Assembly: GCA_964016885.1 (NCBI GenBank)
Contig: CAXHJY010001202.1
Location: 56,144-120,143 of the forward strand
Source: Eledone cirrhosa
Taxonomy: Eukaryota
Direction of reading: 5' to 3'
Length of the DNA stretch: 64,000 nucleotides
Shown in pieces: positions 14,153 to 25,940 of the stretch; within the stretch, counting starts at the first letter, position 1; each line of letters starts with the position of its first letter. The notes beneath the pieces were generated by a model. The model was not told where the DNA came from and did not search any database. It saw only the letters and a list, made by a program, of their open reading frames with translations. Made by a program: the position numbers and the translations under genes.

Positions 14153-14350
14153 ATAATGAATTTGAAGACTAAAATCCAAAGAGGGCTCGATAAGGATGAA
14201 TATATATCAAATATATAAGAACCGTAGAGCAAATATTTATTAAAATAACAGATTAAAGTTTAACGGGATCTTCTGAAACTCAGAGTTTCAGAAGATCCCG
14301 TTAAGGGTGAAAGCAGCGATTCTTTGCTTAAACTTTAATCTGTTATTTTA

Positions 14351-14358
<8 letters not shown>
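14150..14358. mobile_element. PLE-like foldback element in (TA)n with a hammerhead-like motif
   Basis: Palindrome 14233-14358 centred at 14282, with an internal deletion in the left arm. Related copies at 20297-20465, 30061-30135 and 18580-18628. Confidence 0.6.
14282..14336 (+). ncRNA. Hammerhead-like motif, type I, variant core CAGAAGA
   Basis: agagttt-CAGAAGA-t ccc gttaa ggg t-GAAA-gca...tgc-T-T-aaacttt. Stems I, II and III can all form. Confidence 0.45.
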
Positions 14359-14436
<78 letters not shown>

Positions 14437-14801
14437 GTGTGTGTGTATACACATATATCTACTCCCTATCTATCAATCTATCTATCTTTCTTTCATTCTT
14501 TGGAAGAAATCGACTCTGACCAGACCTAGAATAGGTTAAGCTCCCTCAGACTTAAAACATCCGAGATGTACCATGAGTCCTATGATTCCATCAGATGTTA
14601 CGGAACCATGTCATGAATTTTTTACTAACAACAGTTATTCACTTTAGTTTATAAAACATTTATACTATAGACTTCGCCAATTACATAAATGTAATTTGAG
14701 AAGTGTTTCGTTTCGCCGAGTTAATATTGTAGCTATTTCTAACTATTAAATTTACATTGATAATTTATCAGCACATATTTTTTACGTTGTTTTCCTCCTA
14801 G

Positions 14802-14844
14802 GATGAATCCTACTCGTGCCAAAAAAACAGAGGAAATGCCGAAG
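14802..14844 (+). CDS. Weak candidate host exon (ATG at 14803: MNPTRAKKTEEMPK)
   Basis: Polypyrimidine tract plus tag acceptor, AAG|gtat donor, purine-rich unique sequence. Phase 0 end is compatible with the exon at 47573. Confidence 0.3.
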
Positions 14845-15079
14845 GTATAATAATCCAATATTTGATAAAATTCCAGTTATTTGTTTCAAAACATATTTGT
14901 CTGGTCAATGTTACCTCAGTGTACCATAAAGAATTGTTATGATTTCACTTTATTCATTCATTCATTTACTTTCATACGCTTAAACGTACACACATACATA
15001 TACACAAGCACACAGGAAGGGAGATAGGTGTGCGTTTATGCACACATACACACACACATATATATGTATGTGTGTGTGT

Positions 15080-15161
<82 letters not shown>

Positions 15162-15280
15162 ACTTATATATGCGTATGTATATATGTATATATATATATA
15201 TCCCAACAGAAGAATATACGATATATATATAATATAACACAGCCACACACAATGTATTTATATATGTATATATAAATATG

Positions 15281-15366
<86 letters not shown>

Positions 15367-15371
<5 letters not shown>

Positions 15372-15835
15372 CCCGCCGAGGTTAACTTTGCCTTTCATCC
15401 TTACAGGGTCGATAAAATAAAGTACCAGTAATACACTGGGATAATTGCTGGCCTTGTGCCAAAAGTATAAACAATTATTATTTTATATTAAGGGGGGTAG
15501 ATTGGCAGCATCGGTAGAGCGTCGAACACCAGGCTTTGCAGCATATAGTTACGGCTCTTTATTGTCTGAGTTCAAATCCCACCGAGGTTAGCTTTGCCTT
15601 TCATCCTTATGGCATTGATAAATAAAGTACTAGTAATGCACTGGGGTCGATATAATTGACTTCCCCCTCCCAAAAACATGGTTGGACTTGTGCCTAAACC
15701 AGAAATCCTTATTATTCTCTGTTACGTCTTCCTCCAAATTGCTTAGAAATAATTGTTTCTACTTTAGGCACAAGGCCAGCAATTACCCAGTGCATTACTG
15801 GTACTTTATTTTATCGACCCCGTAAGGATGAAATA
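15367..15835. mobile_element. Cluster of Nin-core SINEs (two +, one partial -)
   Basis: Repeated SINE core and 3' tail sequences. Confidence 0.8.
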
Positions 15836-16395
15836 ATGAAATAATGAAATGCTTAGAAATAATAATTATTATTCACATTAGCAACTTGATAGATATAAAT
15901 GATAGGGATCCATGCATAAGAATAACATTTATCAATAAATAGATACAAGAAAGAAACTGGGGGAAATTGTATAATACCTGGTTGATTTAGTGTTAAGTCG
16001 TATATAAGTCCTTTATTTGAAAATAAAAATAGATAGTTTTGCATTTCCCCTTGTATATCACTCTACTATTTGTGGAGTATCATGACTCCACAGATAAATT
16101 AACTTGTCTCTGTGAGCCAACATGACACCCTCTACGTAGTTGCTTTACCTGGCTGAAATTCCTTTAAATGATACGCTACCGTTTCAAAAATAAATAGTTA
16201 CTTAGAACAATGAATTGGGAGAAAACACAGGCAGGATACCCATGGTTGAAATACTTTTGATCATTGGTCTGTTTGATCAGAACTGACCTGTGGCTGAATA
16301 TCAGCAACAATAACTAGTCAGTCGGTTTACAGTTTCAGTTCTTTTATTATCTGCACTGCTTCCCAAATCAACTATCAAACATTATTAACACTGTA

Positions 16396-16585
16396 GGGTG
16401 GTGAATTGGCAGTATCGGTAGAGGGTCGGACGCCATGCTTTTCAGCACAATTACGTCCCTTTACGGACTCAGTTCAAATCCCGCCGAGGTTAACTTTGCC
16501 TTTCATCCTTACGGGGTCGATAAAATAAAGTACCAATAATGCACTGGGTAATTGCTGGCCTTGTGCCAAATGTAGAAACAATTAT
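16396..16585 (+). mobile_element. Young Nin-core SINE with 18-bp TSD
   Basis: attattaacactgtaggg at 16381-16398 and 16581-16598. A and B boxes are intact. Confidence 0.85.
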
Positions 16586-17049
16586 TAACACTGTAGGGCA
16601 GCCAGTTATACCTAGCCATGTCAAATGACGGTAGGAGTATTATTGAATTTCCATTTCCTAGATACTAAGTTTAGATCTATTGCAGGTATTTTGTAGCTTC
16701 TATGGCCAAAATAACTAATTCTGTATATTGTCTACTATGGTTACTTATAATTGTTACTTTACTAGACAATGTTCAGAATTGGTTATCTTGTAATAGCTAC
16801 TTGTATCCAATAATGGAGAAGTTTGTCTCATTCAAGTTAAATGTTAGAGAATGTAGAGCTAAATAATGATGAAATATTCATTGTTCACGAAAACTAAGCG
16901 TTATAAACTATTTTATATTGTCGTTAATATCTACATTTACAGTTCAGCCTTCAGTTAATCCAGCCATGTCATTTCTCTGGTCACTGAAAAAAATTCTAAC
17001 AACGTTAAAAGAGCTATTTAATGGCGGAAACTTGGCAGAAGCTTTAGAG

Positions 17050-17244
17050 CCGACCTGTCAACTCTCCCAGTCCGACGGGAAGATCACCTACCCACTTTGA
17101 GGTGGGTGAGAGATGTCTTCTCTTGTGAAAATGGATATAGCTTTCATTATGTAAAATCTCCCAATTTTGCCTCATTTCTCCCCGTTTTGGGACACGTTTT
17201 TTCATGGTACTCCTCGTTTGGGTTTTTAGAGGTTGGCAGGTCTG
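17050..17244. mobile_element. About 190-bp MITE with CAGACCTGYCAAC-type TIRs, inserted in a SINE head
   Basis: gacctgtcaac ... gttggcaggtctg. Homologous copies at 44344-44528 and (partial) 45661-45790. Confidence 0.65.
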
Positions 17245-18399
17245 TAGAGCGTCAAGCGAAATGCTTTACGGTATATAAACTATTCCCTTGGATTCTAAGT
17301 TTAAATCTTGCCAAGCCCAGCGTTGCATTTTATCTTTTTAAAGTACCAATAATAGAGTAGCAAAATTGTTAGAGCGTCATGCAGTGTTTATTCCGGTTCT
17401 TTCCGCTCTGAATTTAAATTCTATGATTTACTAGGTGGCTAGACTTAATCTGTCTAATCCGTTTAACACAACCATCTGAGCTTTGGATGTTTTTAGTGGA
17501 GTTGCAAGCATTCGGAGCATGTCTCTGGTTTGAGGATACGTTCATCCACCTCTCTTTCTTACCTGTTTCGAAAACCTTAAAAAGAACCATAGACATTCCC
17601 CTTTCTCCAAACCTCCTACTAGTGTCAAAGGCCCTGAAGAGGGCCATGGACACTGCCCTTCCTCTCTCCTACTAGTCTCATAGCTCCAGATAGAGCCAAT
17701 AACAAATACAAAACGAAATACAGAATCATAGATTCTTTAATAAAAAGCGGTGGATGTTGAAGCTTTCTATGTAATCGTCCAAGTAGGAATCAACGTGACA
17801 TTGTTATATATTTGTATATAAACGTGCTTCACTGTCTGTCTCTCTTATCAACAAGATCAGACATTCTCCTCATTATCATCTCATCTGCCTTCACTCCACT
17901 CCACATGTCCTCATTATTTTCGTATTTATTGTTATTTCGTTTTGTTTCAATCATTTGCTGAAGGATTAGAGATTGGATAATGTTTATTTTGTTCTTTGAT
18001 CAAAGTTCGTTGTTATTGTTTTCACGTTGCTCCGCGAAACTTTAATAACATTTCAGGATCTTCTGTAAGTATATTTTTGGTACTTTTACCACGATAACAT
18101 TTTTTGTTTGTTTTTATTTCTGTTATGGTTTTTTTTAATGGGTTTTTTTCTGTTATTGTTTTTTTTGTTTTTTTTTGTTTTGCTTTGTTGTAACAGTTTG
18201 ATTATATTATTTCATCACCGCGACCATCATCATCTTCTTCTTCTTCTTCTTCTTCTTTGTCGTCATTGTTCGTCATTCACATCGTTCGTCAATATCATCA
18301 TCATAATCATAAATTACTTGAAATAATCTACCATGTCTATGTTGCGAGCCTCTTATCTCTAGGTTAAGATAAACATCAACTTCAACAAGACGGAGCCCC

Positions 18400-19106
18400 A
18401 TAAAGCAAGTCGAGTGAACTTAAACATTGTGAAATACAATGGAATGTTTTCGCTAAAATCACCGTGCACATACACAAACAGTAATACAGATTCACAACTT
18501 CGGTAGCGTATGTGTGAGTGTATGTTGTGTGCATATTTGTATATATAAGCCTTAGGGAAAATATTTATTATTAGTACATTTTAAGCAAAGAATCGCTGCT
18601 TTCACCCTTATACGGAATCTTCTAAAACATATATACATATATATATATAACGAAGGAGGCGTTGTAAGGAACCAGATGGACCATAACGCACCAGAGTACT
18701 CAATACTTAGGGTAGTAGAGTGGGTAATTCTAATTTAGTCCAGAAATAGCCGTCGAAACGGCTTGAGCTCTGCCGTCGGGGTTAAACATTTTCCTATATA
18801 TATATTATAAATAAAATAACAGGAGGATGGACTCGTGTAAATCCTTGAAAAGTTTATTATACTATGATCATTTCAATGACCGGAACCCGGTCATTGAAAT
18901 GATCATAGTATAATAAACCTTTCAAGGATTTACACAAGTCCAGCCTCCTGTTATTTTATTTATAATAATTAACTCCATATTAGCACCACCAACTACACAA
19001 ACGAAGACGGGTGAACTGCCCTATATTGAGTACTCTCTATAATATTACATCAAGGTTGACCGTACGGAATGACCAATTCTATCTAGTGGTGAACCAACAA
19101 ACCTAA

Positions 19107-19152
<46 letters not shown>

Positions 19153-19510
19153 GTGTGTTTGTGTGTGTGTGTCTGTGTGTTTTCTAATGGCACATTCACA
19201 CGAATGCTGAGCGTTTCGCACCTTTGATTTTATGACATTATAAGGCGTAGGAAGCTGACCTTAGCTGGGCATGTGAAATGTCACAATGGACCGGTTGGCA
19301 GAGTTTTTTTCTGGAAACCTGATGTGTGTTACACGCAAACATAGACAAAGCCCCCCCCCACACACACACACAGAATTATACACACAACATACACTCACAC
19401 ATATGCTACCGAAGTTGTGAATCTGCATTACTGTTTGTGTATGTGCACGTTGATTTTAGTGAAAACATTCCATTGTATCGCACAATGTTTTAAGTTCACT
19501 CGACTTGCTT

Positions 19511-19511
<1 letters not shown>
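18400..19511. repeat. About 130-bp inverted repeats (18400-18531 / 19381-19511) enclosing several PLE remnants
   Basis: taaagcaagtcgagtgaacttaaacattgtg... versus ...cacaatgttttaagttcactcgacttgcttta. Confidence 0.8.
18803..19110. mobile_element. PLE-like foldback: about 81-bp-arm palindrome plus tail, in (TA)n
   Basis: Arms 18803-18883 and 18887-18967. Contains the hammerhead 3' half GAAA-TGATCA-TA. Confidence 0.6.
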
Positions 19512-19546
<35 letters not shown>

Positions 19547-19610
19547 CTGCAGAAAGAGAGGGATATATATATATATATATATATATAAACGCAGGCATGT
19601 ACATGAACAG

Positions 19611-19729
<119 letters not shown>

Positions 19730-20242
19730 TAAACAACTATAATAATAGCCAATGTGTGTTTATTTATAAATTTGTCCGTCACACACTGAAAGGGGAGATG
19801 ACTATAGAAAACAGCAACCACCGTTCATAGATTCGCTAACGCTTGTGTGAGTGTATGTGTGTTTGTATATTTACACTTATATACTCATACGTATATGCAC
19901 TCTAAGATATTATCTGTTATCTATGTTTTTTTTTTTTGTTTTTTTTTGCTTTTTAGAAAATAATTGTAGTGAAAGAATTATTAAACTAAAGACTTGGTTT
20001 TGTACCCTTTTTATATATAAAATACTACAATTGGCCGTCATTTTTGAAGGCACAGGGCCAGCTAGTATTAATATATTTATGCCTCGAATTATCTTTTTAT
20101 ACCGTTTATCTAACGTAAGATAATGGCTCTAAGCATTGATTAATGAAATATTCTCGTAGATTCCTGCCTCGCAATGCATATCAGGTCTATTTAAAATAAA
20201 ATGTGTATGGAGAGACACAAAGAAAGAGAAGAGGGAAGTTTT

Positions 20243-20299
<57 letters not shown>

Positions 20300-20823
20300 A
20301 TAATAATAAATTTGAAGACTAATATCCAAAGGGGGCTCGATAAGGATAAATATATATCAAATATATAAGAACCGTAGAGCAAATATTTATTAAAATAACA
20401 GATTAAAGTTTAAGGGTGATAGCAACGATTCTTTGCTTAAACTTTAATCTGTTATTTTAATAAATATATATATATATATATATTATATATACTGTAGCGT
20501 TGGTTACTTGTTCCGAATATCTACTTTCTGAGTTGAAATTCCTCCAAAATCATCTTTGCCTTTCATCCATTCGGTAAAGAAAATACCAACCCGTCAATTG
20601 CTTTACTTTTAACGTAAATTAAACCAAAGCCAGCCTCGGACGCAAGCAACATAAACCATACACCTACTATCGACCCCAACACCAGATCCAGAGGGTTCAA
20701 ATAAGTGTTAAATCACGTACGTCATTTTAACAGTATAAATTAGAATACAATCTTATGACCATCTCTATGAAATAATTCTATGACTGACTATTACTATTTC
20801 TGTGGAACCCGTTTCTTCTACAA

Positions 20824-21480
20824 CTACAACGGTACGCGATGGGGCCCACCCACAGCCCTGGCGGACAGAATGGAGAAGGCATTTCCCCGGAGGACGGCGG
20901 GGGAGACGCGCTGAAAGAGCCACTCCAACTTGCGGGGCTCACACCTGCGGCTGGCCAGCTCAGCGCCTATGGTGGTGAGTAAGGAGGTAGCCCTAGGGCC
21001 GAGAACACCAGAAGTCTCCACTGCCAGGGGTACGACCGCAAACCTGTCGGAGAGCGACCAGTATTTGAGGAGTTTGGCCCCCTCAGCCCGACGTGCAGCA
21101 GAACATGGGTCAGTCGCAGACTGCACCAGGTTGCGGCTGCAGAAAGTGTCGGTGCAAGTGGCATCCCAGACGAGGGGTTTGCCACCGCGGAACGGGAAGA
21201 TGGTCATGCCATCTGGCCTTTTGCCGTCCCCTCGATCCAGCCCCACCGGCTCGAGCTGGGAAGGGAAGCCTGCAGCGTCCAAGCCACGCTTAATGACCTC
21301 GTTGAGGGCAGCGTGGCGTGGAATGCGGCCAGCACTGTGGCGACAGGAAAGTGGGTGGAGGCTGAAAGAGTCCACGGTGGAACCGCAGCGACATTGGTGT
21401 GGCTGGCAGATCCGGAGGCCGTGCCTCAGAGAAACGCCGATGCGCTCCCACCTCCTGGTTAACCGGCCACTAGCCCACAC
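20824..21480 (-). mobile_element. CRE-clade-like RLE retrotransposon 3' fragment (5'-truncated, open frame)
   Basis: CRCG...HPLSC...RH zinc finger, DGKRPDG, WDAT and E..K..KY restriction-like endonuclease motifs. GC-rich island. Confidence 0.8.
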
Positions 21481-22122
21481 CAGTAACTGTTGTGGGCTTG
21501 GCGAACGTCATCAGACTTCAGCCGTTACATTACGTCGTTTCTATATAATCTCTGTTCATTTTATATTTCTTTATTGTTTACATCATACAATAGTTACATG
21601 TTTCCCTTTAAAATATATACGAGAAAAAAACACAATTTTGAGTATTTACTGCATAAGTTTGAGTAATTGTATTTAATTAAAAGGCAGTGTTTTTTCCTGG
21701 TAGCTTCTTCTTTATGCATTAAGTTCCATCATCATCATCGTCGTCATCGATATTAATTATTATTATTGTTTTTGTTGTTGTTGTTTTTATTATAATCTCC
21801 AAGAAGTTCTTATCACTATCACATCACAATCCTTTAATATTAGGCGATATTCTTAAGATTTTTATCTAAATTCTGATTTCAAATTTTTTCAACCACTTAC
21901 GCGTTAACTTACTTCATGTTAACTTAAGAGCTTTCCCTGTTGTAATTGTTTAATAATTGTTACTTTAATAACGTTCTTTCATATCATCTTGAGAAAGGGA
22001 TTTTCTTTTATAATTGATACTTTCATGCACATACTTTTATTGTCTCCTTATTATCTCTTATTCTTCTCACATTTCATATCTTTGTACAAGTAAATTTCTT
22101 TATCATTTACATTATCATTAAG

Positions 22123-22661
22123 ATTGGCAGTATCGGTAGAGAGTCGGATGCCATGCTTTCCAGCATAGTTACGTCCCTTTACGATCTGAGTTCAAATCCC
22201 GCCGAGATTGACTTAGCCTTTCATCCTTACGAGGTCGATAAAATAAAGTACCAGTAATGCACTGGGTAATTGCTGGTCTTGTGCCTAAAGTAGAAACAAT
22301 TATTATTATTTCTGACGGTGGTGGATTCGTAGTATCGGTGGAGGGTCGGACGCCATGCTTTTTTAGCACAGAGTTACGCCCCTTTATGGTCTGATTTCAA
22401 ATCCCGCCGAGGTTAACTCTGTCTTCCATCCTTACGGGGTCGATAAAATAATGTACCAGTAACGTACTGGGATAATTGCTCACCTTGTGCCAAAACTAGA
22501 AACAATTATTATTTCTGACGGTGGTGGATTGGTAGTATCGGTAGAGCGTCGGGCACCATGCTTTGCGGCATAGAGTTATGGCCCTTTATGTTCAGAGTTC
22601 AAATCCCGCCGAGGTTAACTTTGCCTTTCATTCTTACGGGTTGGATAAAATAAAGTACCAG
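22123..22661 (+). mobile_element. Three tandem Nin-core SINEs
   Basis: Three successive head-core units. Spacer ttattatttctgacggtggtggatt is duplicated. Confidence 0.85.
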
Positions 22662-24073
22662 AAATGGGCCGAGAGGAAGCTGTCCCTGAAAGGCCGGGTG
22701 GAGGTGGCGAATGCGTACATCACATCTGTCAACTGCTACCGCCTCACCGTCGTCCCTTGTCCCGGCCCAACTCTCACCAAAATGGAGCGCCTCCTCTTCA
22801 GCTTTTTGTGGAAGGGACGCGCTCCCATGGTCAGACGATCCATCTACTGTCAACACCCATTGCGTGGAGGACTGGGCATGCCATGGCTGATGATGCGCAA
22901 ACATGTGCTGAGGCTGCGACATCTCTGGTGCTTCCTTGACGGTGAACAGGTGTGGTCGCCGTTCGCCAGGCACGTTTTCCCACAGCTCGTCTCCTTGACG
23001 GAACTGCAGTCCTGGGTCAGGAAACGACAGAGGGATAGCACTTGGAAACTGGAATGTCTCCAGGCGCTCACTGCTCTCTGCCAGCTGGGCACCAGTATCG
23101 GTGGAACATCCACCTCGGCGTTCTATAGAGGACTAGTGGAGGGGAAGAGCGACGACGTTCTCGGAGAGATCCTGGGCGCCGAAGAAAATCAGCTGTTTAC
23201 TCTCTTCCGGAGAACTTTCAGCCCAGGGCCTATGGATAACTTCCAGAAATCCCTGGCCTGGTAGTGCTACCGGGGAGCTTTGCCGGTTCGAGATAAGCTC
23301 TACAGGCACGGAAGTGCCGTCAGCTGAGCCTGTCCGAGATGCGCGCAGAGCGACGAAACCGTCGTGCACGCACTCGTTCAGTGCCCGAACATTGCTGACT
23401 TGTGGAGCTATGTCGAACAGTAGCTGTCGCGTGTAGGACCGATCCGGTTATCGACTGAGTCCATTGTGCAGATGGTCTCGCGTCTTCCTTCGAGGAGGGA
23501 GGGCATGCGGTTTTCATCTGCCTGGTGGCCATGGCGAAAGAGATTATGTGGTGGACAAGGTTGAAAGGGTTAAAGACAGACACTTACCTCTTCGGCGAAT
23601 CCCTGACTAACTTTTTCAAGTTTCACTTGAAGAGGAAAATCAGGGTGGAGAGGCAAGTGCTGTCTTCTAGCAAGTTTGTTGAAAGGTGGGTGAATGTAGC
23701 GAGAATGGTCCGAGTGAACGGGACCGCTCTGAATATACGCTTGTAGTTTGAGGAATGGGAAAAAATTGAGAGAGGGCGCTTGCCCTGGTGGTCAGGGTGG
23801 CCGTGGTCTTTTGTGTGGTTTTCGCCACGAGTAACCCTCGGTGGTTTCCCCCCTATTGGGGAATTTTTCATTGTTTGAATTTTCATTTTTACTGTTTATA
23901 TATATATGTTTCTATGTCTTTTTTCTTTTTTGTTTCTTATATAAATAATAAAAATCTTTACACGCACAAAACCCACATCGTACCTTTCTGTGCCGTCTGT
24001 AATGTTTTTCTCAATGGCAGCCCTTGTGGCCAATAAAGAAATCATTATTATCTTGTGGCCAATAAAGAAATCA
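22662..24073 (+). mobile_element. Tx1/L1-clade LINE, 5'-truncated 3' part
   Basis: KWAERKLSLKGRV, FLWKG, GGLGMP and zf-RVT-like CPRCAQSDETVVHALVQCP. The 3' UTR ends in a duplicated cttgtggccaataaagaaatca. Begins inside a SINE. Confidence 0.85.
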
Positions 24074-24258
24074 CCTCTGTATCCTTGGGTTGTGCGCAGC
24101 ATTGTGTTATTTTGTGTGTGTTAGATGGAGGGGGGGGGGAGCTTAGATCCTCATGTTGATGTCCTGTCATTGTTACTGGGATTAATTTGTTTCTGGTGTT
24201 ATTTTAATGTTTCTTCTGTTGTTTATGTTATTTTATTGGGTATTAATCTTGTAGAGTA

Positions 24259-24375
24259 TACTAGGGTTGGCTGAAAAGTTCATAGGCTGACTATGCAGGA
24301 ATGATACTAGACCTGTGAAATCTTTCATGCATTAATTTCAACTCTTCTTATTAATAACTAAAATGTTTCTTTCTT
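24259..24375 (+). mobile_element. Mariner/Tc1-like terminal fragment
   Basis: TA followed by ctagggttggctgaaaagttcataggctgac, resembling mariner TIRs. The partner end was not found. Confidence 0.45.
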
Positions 24376-24389
24376 GGGACTATGCTGGT

Positions 24390-25090
24390 TATTCCATGAG
24401 AGTATCTTGGTCAACCTATGAATTTTTCAGTCCTCGTTTGTTGTATGAGTTGTGTTGTTTTATTAGGAGCTTATTGTGCAGGATCTGTTCTGTTTTTGAA
24501 AATTGTACTATTCCACTTGTGTTTGTGACTTGATAATGTCTTGCGCAGGATGTCGGCTGTTCTGAGTAAAGATATTTTCTGAATAGTGTGTAGCGTTGTG
24601 AGCCCAAGTATGGTTTCTATGTTTCTGTTCATTACATTTTATCATACCTAGTGCTCCAATGCGCATTAACACTGTTTTGTACCTTTGTGCCCCACATCCT
24701 ATTTATTTCGAATGCGAGGTCCTTGTATTTTGAGTTTTCCCACATTTTTTAGGGAAGGGGTGGCAATATTTTGATCATAAGGGATCATCGTAGCTGTCAG
24801 TGTGCATGCGTTTTTTTCCGGTCTTTGAATTTTGTCTGGGAGGTTAGTTTGGATATCTTTGTCAGTTTGGATCGGCATATCAATGATCATTGTGGCCAGG
24901 CCGTTGACATCGACGATGTTTTGTTCATGTGTATACCATTTCTTGTCCGTTTTCACATCGAAGTGTCGGCATATTGTCTAGTAGATATAGCTGTTAACTC
25001 CATATATTTATGTATAGTCACACATGGCAAGGATTGAGCAGCCGGAAATAATGTAGTCAACCGTTTCATTGTGTTGGTTGCATTCTGGAT
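24390..25090 (-). mobile_element. Second, older R4/Dong-like RLE LINE 3' fragment
   Basis: Minus strand reads ECNQHNETVDYIISGC, WYTHE, DMPIQTDKDIQTNLPD, IGALGMIK. Confidence 0.7.
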
Positions 25091-25124
25091 TTAATGCTAG
25101 GATCTGCTTTCATTATTTTATTTT

Positions 25125-25940
25125 TGTGGTGAATAGGCAGTATCGGTAGAGGGTCGGACGCCATGCTTTCTAGCATAGTTATGTCCCTTTATGATCTGAG
25201 TTCAAATCCCGCCGAGGTTAACTTTACCCTTCATCTTTACGGGGTCGATAAAATAAAGTACCAGTAATGTACTGGGTAATTGCTCGCCTTGTGCCAAAAA
25301 GTAGAAACAATTATTTTATTTTTGTGGATTGGCAGTATCGGTAGAGGGTCGGACACCATGCTTTGACGCATAGAGTTACGGCCCTTTATGATCTGAGTTC
25401 AAATTCCGCCGAGGTTAACTTTGCTTTTCAACCTTACGGGGTCGATAAGAAACCATTATTATTGGACGCCAGACAATATTCTTTGCGACATATAGTTAAA
25501 ATCCCATCGAGGTTAGCTTCGCCTTTCATCCTTAGGCGGTCGATAGAATAAAGTACCAGTAACGTACTTGGGTCGATTGAATCACTTTGGGTTATTTCTT
25601 TTCTGTTGACCTTGCCCTACATTGTCCGTGCAGTGTTCCTGCCCTTTACGTTCAGAGTTCAAATCCCATCGAGGTTAGCTTTGCTTTTCATGCTTACGGG
25701 ATCGATAAAATAAAGTACCAGTAATGTACTGGAGTCAATCTATTTTCCCTTCCCCCTCAAATTGCTGGACTTTTGTCAAAAGTAGAATCAATTATTATTT
25801 AAAGCGTTGCATATGTCTCGCATGAATTAAAATCCCGCCGAGGTTAACTTTGCCTTTAATCCTTACGGGGTCGATAAAATAAAGTACCAGTAATGCACTG
25901 TGTAATTGCTGGCCTAGTGCCTAAAGTAGAAACAATTATT
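25125..25940 (+). mobile_element. Cluster of about 5 Nin-core SINE copies or fragments
   Basis: Repeated SINE head, core and tail sequences. Confidence 0.8.

Noticed and set aside
17414-17675. Possible CR1/L2 RT fragment (AVSMALFRAFD, duplicated)
   Set aside because: Similarity is limited to one degenerate motif, too weak to call.
18057-18064. 8-nt microexon (cag|GATCTTCT|gtaagt)
   Set aside because: Frame-shifting length and no independent support. It could be chance or the end of a longer non-coding exon.
20930-21676. 248-aa plus-strand ORF
   Set aside because: Antisense shadow of the GC-rich CRE-like fragment.
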